The notes under the pieces: generated by a model
What the model was told of the DNA's origin: nothing
The model's input: the letters and a program-made list of their open reading frames with translations, nothing else
The model's database searches: none
Shown here: positions 49,474 to 58,833 of the stretch, one piece after another
Layout of the letters: each line of letters opens with the position of its first letter
Position numbering within the stretch: the stretch's first letter is position 1
From: Phyllobates terribilis
Taxonomy: Eukaryota
Reading direction: 5' to 3'
Assembly: GCF_046119375.1 (NCBI RefSeq)
Contig: NW_027363080.1
Coordinates: 992,001 to 1,056,000 of the forward strand
DNA: 64,000 nt
Translations under genes and position numbers: made by a program

Positions 49474-50570
49474 ATCTTCCAGCCGGTCACCTCCTGCCTC
49501 TTCCCGTACCTGCTGCCCCTTGGCAACACATTGCTATGGACTTTATTACAGATATCCCTGTTTCTGCAGGCTGTACAGTCATTTGGGTGGTCGCCGACCG
49601 CTTTTCTAAAATGGCCCACTTCATCCCTCTGCCTGGTCTCCCGTCTGCATCAGAGCTGGCTAAGGACTTCTTCCTTCACATCTTCCGTCTCCATGGCCTA
49701 CCCCTCCACATTGTGTCGGATCGAGGGGTTCAGTTCACCTCACGCTTCTGGAGAGCTACGTGTAAACTGCTGGATGTCACCCTGGATTTCTCCTCCGCTT
49801 ACCATCCACAGTCCAATGGCCAAGTAGAGCGCATCAACCAGATCCTTACCAGCTACCTCCGGCACTTTGTTAATGCTCACCATACCGATTGGGTGGACCT
49901 CCTACCATGGGCCGAATTCTCCTACAACAATCATGAGAGCGAATCGACTTCCAAGTCCCCGTTCTTTGTAGTCTATGGTCAACATCCTCGGATTCTGTTT
50001 CCCGTCTCCGCTTCTGTGGACAACCCTGCCGTGGAGTCTCTGGTCAGCGAATTTTCCACCATTTGGGAAAATACTAGGTCCGCACTTCTTCAGTCCTCCG
50101 AGCGGATGAAGAGATATGCTGACAAGAGACATCTGGGTCCGCCTCAATTCCGTCCGGGAGACAAGGTTTGGCTCTCCTCCAAACATGTTCGACTCAAAAT
50201 ACCCTCCTACAAGTTGGGTCCTCGGTTCATCGGCCCATTTGAAGTCCTCAAACAAATCAACCCAGTGGCCTACAAGTTAAAACTCCCGGCCACCTTACGG
50301 ATTCCCAACTCCTTCCACGTATCTCTCCTCAAACCAGTTGTGTTTAATTCTTTTTCCAACAATCCAGGTACTCCCCCTACTCCGGTTTCCGCTGAGGATG
50401 TTTTTGAGGTAGAGAACATTCTGGCCACCAAGAGGGTAAGAGGAAAGACCTTTTTTTCTGGTGGATTGGAAGGGGTTTGGCCCAGAGGAGAGAACTTGGG
50501 AACCCAGGGAGAACATTCATGCCCCGCTTCTACTTGAAAAATTTCTTTCTGGCCTGAAAAAGAGGGGGCG
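49474..50570 (+). pseudogene. Integrase core, GPF/Y motif and chromodomain (frameshift in T7 at 50451-50457)
   Basis: ORF 49536-50537 continues as DWKGFGPEERTWEP in the next frame. Confidence 0.9.
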
Positions 50571-50586
50571 TAAAGGGGAGAGGTAC

Positions 50587-51636
50587 TGTAGCATCGGCGT
50601 CTCTGCCCCTTGCCAGACAGAGACGCCGTCCCTCTCACCGCCGCACTCCCCACCCGACGTCCTCCAGCGCTCCTCTTCCTGCTTCTGCCGGCGCGCGCAG
50701 CTTCCTGGGCACTGTGCTTAGGGCGCGCGCGCGCTCCCTCCCTCTTAAAGGGGTCGCGCGCGCCGCCCTAAGGAGTCCCCGGCCAATTGCCGGAGGTCCT
50801 CCCATATATAAAGCACCTTCTCCAATATGGAGGTGCCCGAGCAATAGTTGATGCACAGTGTACTCACCTCTGCTTCAGCCCTCAGGTCCCGCTGCTAGCC
50901 TGACTACTAGTCCTGCCCGCCAGCCTGACTATCAGTCCAGTTCGCCAGCCTGACTACTCTCCAGCCCGACAGTCTGTCTTCCGTTCAGTCTGCCAGTCTG
51001 TCTATGGGCTTTGCCCGCCTGCTTACCTGGAAGCACCTGCCCGCTACCTACCGTGCCTACCTGGAGGCTCCTGCTTGCTACCTGCTGTGCCTACCTGGAG
51101 GCTCCTGCTTGCTACCTGCCGTGCCTACCTGGAGGCTCCCGCTTGCTACCTGCCGTGCCTACCTGGAGACTCCCGCTTGCTACCTGCCGTGCCTACCTGG
51201 AGGCTCCAGCTGTCACTTGCTGTGACCACCTGACAGCCTACCTAGAGGCTCCTGCCTGTCACTTGCCGTGACCACCTGTCAGCCTACCTGGAGGCTCCTG
51301 CCCGTCACTTGCCGTGACAACCTGACAGCCTACCTAGAGGCTCCTGCCTGTCACCTGCCGTGTCTGCCAGTCCATCCACCAGGACCACTCGTCAGCCTGC
51401 CTGCTGTGCCCATCTGCTATACCGGTCAGTCCCAGCCATCTGACCCGTGGGAGTCACCTGCTCTCTTACAAGGTCGTCCCCAGAGTAGCACCTGGTCCCT
51501 CTGCTCGGTCCCTCCCTGATCATGGAGTCGTTAGCCGCCGTACGACCTAGGTCGGTCCGAATTGATACTTAGTTACGCCCCTCTGGGTCCCTCCTTGCAC
51601 CGCAGCACAGAGGTTCCACCACCCGGATTCGTAACA
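50587..51636 (+). repeat. Chromovirus 3' LTR, 1050 bp, with an internal ~34-bp tandem repeat (~51020-51370)
   Basis: TGTAGCA...CGTAACA termini. Unit CCTACCTGGAGGCTCCTGCTTGCTACCTGC(C/T)GTG. Confidence 0.85.
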
Positions 51637-52471
51637 CAAGTGAAGTTGATACCAAAAAGTTCTATTTTGGTCTCATCTGACCTTCTCCCATGCCTCCTCT
51701 GGATCATCCATATGGTCATTGGTGAACTTCAAACGGGCCTGGACATGTGCTGGCATGAGCAGGGGGAACTTGCATGACCTGCAGGCTTTTAATCCATGAT
51801 GGTGTAATGTTTGAGTCTTTGGTTCTAGCACTTTTCAGGTCATTCACCAGGTCCTCCCGTGTAGTTCTGGGGTGATTCATTACCTTTCTTAGAATCATCC
51901 TTACTCCTCGAGGCGAGATCCTGCTTGGAGCCCCAGACCAAGAAGATTGACCGTCATCTTGTGTTTCTTCTATTCTCTAATAATTGAACCAACAGTTGTT
52001 GCCTTCTGACCAAGCTGTTTGGCTATTGTCCTGTAGCCAATCCCAGCCTTGTGCAGGTCTACAATTTTGTCCCCGGTGTCCTTAGACAATCTTTGGTCTA
52101 GACCATGATAGACAGGTTGGAGCGTGTTTGATTGTGTGGACAGGTGTCTTTTATACAGGTAACAAGTTCAAACAGAAGCAATTAATACGGTAATTAATAA
52201 GGTAATGAGTGCAGAGTAGGAGAGTTTTTTAAAGAAAAACTAACAGGTCTGTGAGAGGCAGAATTCTTGCTGGTTGGTAGGTGATCAAATACTTATTTCA
52301 TGCAATAAAATACAATTTATTATTTAAAAATCGTAAAACGTGATTCTTTTTTAAGATTCTGTCTCTCACAGTTGAAGTGAACCTATGATAAAAATTACAG
52401 ACCTCTCCATTCTTTGTAGGTGGGGAAACTTGTAAAGTCGGCAGTGTAGCAAATACGTGTTTTCCCCCCTG
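51637..52471 (-). mobile_element. Tc1 fragment (5' end plus transposase N-terminal half), related to 42079-42567
   Basis: The minus strand encodes [11 protein letters not shown] and WSDETKIE. The terminus ...CCCCCTG|TA resembles the terminus at 42079. Confidence 0.8.
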
Positions 52472-52735
52472 TATATTTATTAATTACACATATAATGAAA
52501 CCATTTGGATAAATGACAGCCAAACAGGTAACAGGTTAACCAGCAGTGTATCCATTTATAGAAGTCATATATGAGATGGATGTGCACAAGTGTGTACATA
52601 TATTATCTCTCAAATAGCACAGCGGTCTTGTTCCCAAAACTGACATCCAATTCTCATCAAACATAATTAAAAGTAAATGTCTACCCATAGTGCCAGTGTA
52701 CACTGCAAACGTTACCACATACAAATAAATGAAGA

Positions 52736-52780
52736 CCCCAACACGCGTTTCACGTGTGAAATAACTTTGCTTTCTCAAGG
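52736..52780 (-). other. Degenerate Penelope-type hammerhead-like remnant
   Basis: Minus strand CCTTGAGAAAGC...GTGAAACGCGTGTTGGGG. The core is non-canonical. Confidence 0.35.
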
Positions 52781-53127
52781 AAAACTTCATTTTTTCTTAT
52801 GTGGTAGCGTTTGCACTGTACAGCAACAGAGGAGGAGATGGGGAAGAAATATTGAAAAATAGGGAAGCCTGGTGGATTTTAGAACTAAGCACCCGGCCCC
52901 CACATGGTTTAAATTTCAGCAAAAACATTATGCTACACTAATAAATAATATCTCAATGTAGTAATTAATAAAAAATGAAAAGAAAAAAAAAACATTTAAA
53001 AGATTTTTTTTTGTGCAGAGGAAGAGTGATGTTTTACAATATGCATAATGTATTTGCTATTATTCATTAAGAAATAATGCCACTAATTCCTTTGCACTGA
53101 AATATCCCATTACATGCCATGTTTGCA

Positions 53128-54517
53128 CAATGACTTGCAAAAGTAATACCCCCCCCACCCACCTTGGCATTTTTTGTGCTATTCTACCTCAGAATCTGGA
53201 ATTTTGATTGTTTTTTTTGAGGGTTTGCATCAGTTCATGTAAAGAACATGCCTATAATTGTGAACATTTAGTTTTCTTTTTATTGTTAATCAAAAAACAA
53301 ATAGGACAAAATAAATAAAAACTTCAGGGTGCATAACTACTCACCCCCCTAAGTCAATACTTTTTAGAGCCTCATTTTGCAGCAATTATGGCAATTATAA
53401 CTGCAACTTGCTTTGGATAAGTGTCTATGAGCTTTCCACATCTTACCACTGGGATTTTTTCCCATTCCTCAAGGCAAAACTGCTCCAGCAACTTCAAGTT
53501 AGATGGTTTCCTCTGATTGATCAGCAATCTTCAAGTCTGACCACAAATTCTCAATTGGCTTAAGGACAGAGGTTTGACTAGGCCACTAAAATACATTTAT
53601 TACCCGTTTTCCCTTAAACCACTTGAGTGTTTCTTTAGCAGTATGCGTTGGGTCATTGTCTTGTTTGAAGGTGAACCTCCGTCCCAGTCTCAAATTACTT
53701 ACATACTAAAACAGGTTTTGCTTAAGAATATCCCTGTATTTTGCACCATCCATCTTCCTCTCCCCTCAACTTGGACCAGTTTCCCTGTCCGTGCTGTTGA
53801 AAAACATCCACACAGCATGATGCTGCGATCACGTTTCACTGTAGGGATGGTGTTCTTGGGGTGATGAGCTGTGTTGGTTTGGCGCCAGACATAGTGTACC
53901 TCTGTGGTCAAAAAGTTCAATTTTGGTCTCATCTGACCATAGTATTTTCCTCCGTATCTTTGGGGAGTCTCCCATATGTCTTTGGTCAAACTCAAAATGA
54001 GCCTTACAATTTTTTTTGTGTAAGTAAAGGCTTTTTTTCTGCCCACTCTTCCATAAAGGCCACCTCTATGGAGTGTATGACCTATTGTGGTCGTATGGAC
54101 AGATACTCCAATATCTGCTTGGGAAGTCTGCAGCTCCTTCAGGGTTATCTTTGGTCTCAGTGCTACCTCTGAGTAATGCACTCCTTGCCCGGGCTGAGAT
54201 TTTTGGTGGGAGGCTATCTCTTGTTGTGAAACCATGTTCTTTCCATTTGATGGTAATGGATTTGATGGTGCTCCGGGGGATCCTCAGAGATTAGGATACT
54301 TTTTAAAACCCAACACTGACTTGTACTTCTCAACAACCTTGTCCCTGACTTGTTTGGAGATCTCCTTGGTCTTCATGGTGTTTGTTTAGTGGTGCCTCTT
54401 GCTTAATGGTGTTGCAGCCTCTGTGGCCTTTCAGAAAAGGTAAAGTCTATATGCTGACAGACAGGTGACACTTAGATTGCACACAGGTGGACTTTCTTTC
54501 ACTAAGCATGTGACTTG
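53128..54517 (-). mobile_element. Tc1-like element, decayed, right end missing
   Basis: Degenerate terminus CAATGACTTGCAAAAGTAAT. Transposase remnants PKITLKELQ...[16 protein letters not shown](LN), FKQDNDP. Confidence 0.8.
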
Positions 54518-54919
54518 TAAAGATGTGCGGTTGTGGATTTTAATAATCACCTAGGCAGGTTATCGATGCAATTAGTTTTATTCCTTCCGGCCACGGTGAA
54601 CAGCAATTCCAGGTAAATGTCCAACAGGCAATTCTCTTAGTCCTAGAGTTCCAACCTGTGATCAGTAGTTCCACTGCCACGTACCAGGTGATACCCACTG
54701 TCCTCCAACTTTTGGTTGGCCCACAGCTTTTTGTATCTCCCGCCGGTATATTGGCAGTCACAGCATATGCTCCTTTGGATGATGGATATCACGACCGCAG
54801 ACCGTGATTCTACCCAGCTCTCCGTCCGACTAACAATGAATGTTCTCTTTCTCCTGCACAGGGTTCAGCCCCCTGAATTGGCAGAAGTGCTCACCCCTCC
54901 CTCCCCCAGCTAATTGTGC

Positions 54920-55550
54920 CTAAAGCCCCCGTCTCACATAGCGAGATCGCTAGCGAGATCGCTGCTGTGTCACGGTTTTGGTGACGCAACAGCGACCTCA
55001 CCAGCGATGTCGCTGTGTGACACTTTGCAACGATCAGGCCCCTGTTGTGAGGTCGCTGATCGCTGCAAAGTGTCCTGGACCATTTTTTGGTCGTTGCTCT
55101 CCCGCTGGTCAGCACACATCGTTGTGTGTGACCAGCGGGAGCAGCGATCAGGCTGGTAACTATGGTAAACATCGGGTTACTAGGGGCACACGCGCACTTA
55201 GTAACCCGCTATTTATCATGGTTACGAGCCTGCTAAAGTGAGCGGTAACCTCCCGCTCACTGTAGCAGAGTGGTAACCATGATAAACAACGGGTTACTAG
55301 GAGCGCGTGTGCCCCTAGCAACCCGATGTTTACCATAGTTACCAGCCTGCTCCTGCTTCAGCAGGCTCGTAACCAGGAACAGGACATCGTGGAAAGATTC
55401 TTTCCACGATGTTGCTGCTCCCCTGATCGTTGGTGAGCCTGCCTTTTTGACAGCTCACCAGCGACCACATAGCGACGCAGCAACGATCTCTGACAGGTCT
55501 TATCGTTGTCGGGATCGTCGCAGCGTCGCTAAGTGTGACGGGGCCTTTAG
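54920..55550. mobile_element. MITE with 25-bp imperfect TIRs and an internal fold-back
   Basis: CTAAAGCCCCCGTCTCACATAGCGA versus the reverse complement of TCGCTAAGTGTGACGGGGCCTTTAG. Internal inverted repeat at ~55150-55350. Superfamily not determined. Confidence 0.8.
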
Positions 55551-55825
55551 TGGAGATATTTTCTCAGGTGGAACCCATCCCCTGGGTTTGCATGTGAGAC
55601 TACCTGTGGTGACGGAGAGAACAATGGCCCAAGGTCTCGGAGATATGGTCACTGAATGAAATAGATACCTGAGGTTGAACTGATGAGCAAACAAATCACT
55701 AACAAAACACAGCAAGCAAATTTCTGACAAAATACAAAATTAAGATCGATGAAAATGGATGCTCAGTGCTGGAAAAGTATTTAGAAAGTGGCCAGGTTCT
55801 CACACTCCTCCCCCACTTTTTCAAC

Positions 55826-56175
55826 ACAGACACGAATGTAAAAGGTCTCGCCTTTATGAGAACGAAATTTTGTATCATCCAGTTTCCTCAAAGCATATTC
55901 CATGTCGCCCTTGTGAATATACTCCACAGTCCCCATTCCACTCTGGTATACATCAGTATAATAGACATCTCCAGCTTTTCTCATATGATCTTTTAGATCC
56001 TGCCAACTTCCCGATGGGGGAAGCCCTGAAACGAGAACTCTGTATTTAGCTAGCTGGTTCAGGGGTCTGTCCCTTCTGCGGGGTCCTCCATATCCCCCCC
56101 CCTGATCCCCGGTTTGTCCTGGGAAATTCCACACATGCCCAATGAGAACCAAACTTGGATCCATTGCGACCAACC
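55826..56175 (-). pseudogene. SRSF9: Processed (intronless) SRSF9 fragment: end of RRM1, Gly linker, complete RRM2
   Basis: GRNG.KFG...VEFPRT.RGSGG(fs)YGG...[27 protein letters not shown]...VEY...[24 protein letters not shown]. The residues VLVSG and [11 protein letters not shown] favour SRSF9 over SRSF1. Confidence 0.88.
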
Positions 56176-56179
56176 CCAG

Positions 56180-56621
56180 AGTGCTGACACCCACTTAGGG
56201 GGATGGTCACTTGGCAACCTGGTAAAGGGAGCTCTGGGGGGACAGTATCTAGGCTGACCAGGGTGATGGTAGATCCAGTGTCCCGAAGTCCCTGGGCCTC
56301 CTCCCTGATGTAATTTACCTCCCCCAGATTACATTCCTTCATTGTGACAGTCATTGCATTTTGTGTATCACTCACCGCTGACATGTTGATATTGCTCCTT
56401 TCCCTATTGGCTGATGCAGTGTGAACCAGTCCTTCGCTTCCGGTTATGACATTGGCCCAGTGGCACACCAATCCTGCTCCCAGATTGATTCCCAGCAACA
56501 CATCTACTGGTAGGTGCCGCACTACTCCTACATCCACCATTCCATGACTGTGACCCCAGTCTAAATGTAGTCGGGCCCTCCGAATGTTCAAAGATTCTCC
56601 TCCGGCTACATTGACTAACAT
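56180..56621 (-). pseudogene. Retrotransposon aspartic-protease-like remnants
   Basis: ARLHLDWG...VGVVRHLPVDVLLG.NLG, then GLRDTGSTITLV (DTG motif). Confidence 0.7.
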
Positions 56622-56857
56622 ACAGCTGCCGGGGACAATACATTTGGTGACTACCTGTGGTGACGGAGAGAATAATGGCCCAAGGTCTCGGAGATATGGT
56701 CACTGAATGGAATAGATACCTGAGGTTGTACTGATGAGCAAACAAATCACTAACAAAACACAGCAAGCAAATTTCTGACAAAATACAAAATTAAGATCGA
56801 TGAAAATGGGTGCTCAGTGCTGGAAAAGTATTTAAAAAGTGGCCAGGTCCTCACACT

Positions 56858-57102
56858 TCATCAGAGATTAGGATACTTTTTACAACCCAACACTGACTTG
56901 TACTTCTCAACAACCTTGTCCCTGACTTGTTTGGAGATCTCCTTGGTCTTCATGGTGTTTGTTTAGTGGTGCCTCTTGCTTAATGGTGTTGCAGCCTTTG
57001 TGGCCTTTCAGAAAAGGTAAAGTGTATATACTGACAGACAAGTGACACTTAGATTGCACACAGGTGGACTTTCTTTCACTAAGCATGTGACTTATGAAGG
57101 TA
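56858..57102 (-). mobile_element. Tc1 fragment, near-identical to 54284-54517
   Basis: About 235 bp with a handful of substitutions. Ends at a TA where the next element is inserted. Confidence 0.85.
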
Positions 57103-57750
57103 CCGTTTTTTTCGGACTTTAAGACGCACCAGACCATAAGATGCATCTAGGTTTTAGAGGAGGAAAATAGAAGAAAAAATGTAAGCAAAAAATGTGGTCA
57201 TGATGCCCTGTTATGGAAAGGGGGTCTGCTGCTGACACTGTTATAGGGGTAATGTCCCCAAATTCTGTTAATATCCCCCATCCTGGTATATATGGCCCCC
57301 TCTTTCCTGTTATATGTGGCCCTCATCCCCATCCTGGTATGCATGGCACCCCTCATCCCCATCCTGGTATGTATGGCACCCCTCATCCCCATCCTGGTAT
57401 GTATGGCACCCCTCATCCCCATCCTGGTATGTATGGCACCCCTCATCCCCATTCTGGTATGCATGGCACCCCTCATCCCCATCCTGGTATGTATGGCACC
57501 CCTCATCCCCATCCTGGTATGTATGGCACCCTTCATCTCTCATCCTGGTATGTTTTTCACCCCCATCCCTCTTCCTGGTTTGTATAGCACCCTTCATCCC
57601 TCTTCCTGGCATGTATGGCCCTCCTAATCCCTCTTCCTGGTATGCTTGGCACCCCTCATCATGGTATGTATACAAAGAAAATGATGAAGTCCGCTCACCT
57701 ATAAACTCCTTCGCGGTGTTTCCTCCTTTCTGCTCGGATAGCAGCAGGCT
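57103..57750. mobile_element. Non-autonomous Tc/mariner-type (Tc2-like end) element carrying a 30-bp minisatellite (~57270-57660)
   Basis: TA|CCGTTTTTTTCGGACTTTAAGACGCAC terminus; unit ATCCTGGTATGTATGGCACCCCTCATCCCC. The right end was not found. Confidence 0.6.
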
Positions 57751-58833
57751 GTTGCATTGAACACAACTTCAGACCAAAATCCAGCGAGTGAGGAGACTCC
57801 AACGATGTGGTGTAATTAAAATTTCCATTTATTTGAAGGATGATATTTCCACAAAAAATGCACTTACAAAAAGATCCAATTCACACCATATGGGCAAACA
57901 GAGTAAAAAAAACGCTACGCGATTCGGCTTAGAAAAGCCTTTATGATGGTACATACATTGGAATACAGGCAGGGTATAAATACAAAAGAACAGCAAACTG
58001 ACAAAGGAATTCCAATCAGTTAACTAATTAATTCTTGTGACGTTCAGGTGTTACATCTTTGTTTCCAAGTTGGAGACAGGCTTTTTTCTTTTTGTGGTTA
58101 TTTAATGCTACAGACGTTATAATAAAAGTCCTGACATTGAGGTTTCTGGCAAGAGAATTGAAACAAATTAGCTGAACAGTGTAGATTCTGCATGTTGGAA
58201 ACAGTAATAAGTATACGAAACACAATATATACCAACGAAATATATGTATGTGTAGCTGAATAAAAAATCTCCCACAGCGGGAGGTGACCAGTTTAGTTTG
58301 TCCAGTTATTCCAGCTTTCATCTAGATATCCCTATATATATCGTACTACCGTATATAATAAAACTGTTATTTTCAATTATCCATTGCTGTATACAAAAGA
58401 TATGTTGGCATTATTTATTAGTATATATAGAACGAAAAATTACGTACAGTTTGCTGTCAAAAAAGAAAGAAATTGATAACTTTTTGTTCACAATGACCTG
58501 TTATTAATGTATTATTAATCTCTCCTCCACTTATTACTATTACTGAGAAAGAAAAATATATGTCATTGTGAATTTTTTTATTTTTTTGCTTAATTATTCG
58601 TCGCTACAAACGCTTGTTCACACTCGTTTGGTTTCACATCCACTTTCTACTTTAACTTCTAGAAATGGTTAAATTGACCCTGTGTTCCACAATCTAAATA
58701 TTTATTGCACGTTAATGTGTAAGAAAGAGAGAGAGAAATGCACTTCGGAGACTCATATAATTTTTGGGTTTCTTTCCTCTCCCATGTATCCTTTATTTAT
58801 TTAACAGAGATAGCACTGGATGATAACATCATC

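Larger units (their letters stand above)
48020..51636 (+). mobile_element. 5'-truncated chromodomain Gypsy (chromovirus): integrase, PPT and 3' LTR
   Basis: HSSKLAGH...CSSC zinc finger, MDFITD, VSDRG, HPQSNGQVE, GPRFIGPF, chromodomain FEVENIL...LVDWKGFGPEERTWEP; PPT at 50572-50583. Confidence 0.92.
55593..56855 (-). mobile_element. Miniature non-autonomous LTR element, 1263 bp: ~212-bp LTRs, PPT, protease remnant and SRSF9 retrocopy
   Basis: Direct repeats 55593-55804 and 56645-56855 (6 mismatches over 207 aligned bp), TG...CA ends, PPT AAAAAGTGGGGGAGGAG adjoining the 3' LTR. No PBS or TSD found. Confidence 0.88.

Noticed and set aside
54518-54919. Short ORFs (54540-54761, 54716-54913)
   Set aside because: No recognisable motifs; the origin of this stretch is undetermined.
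56625-56644. PBS for the miniature LTR element
   Set aside because: No TGG-starting tRNA complement follows the 5' LTR, and the flanks (TGCA, CTTC) are not a TSD. Current mobility of this copy is therefore not claimed.
57198-57760. ORFs with GMYGTPHPHP or HTRMGMRGA repeats
   Set aside because: Translations of a 30-bp minisatellite.
57912-57952. Hammerhead in the Penelope 2 3' region
   Set aside because: Stem II (GGCTT/AAGCC) and CGCG-TA remain, but both core segments are mutated (no CUGANGA, GAAT instead of GAAA). A remnant at best.
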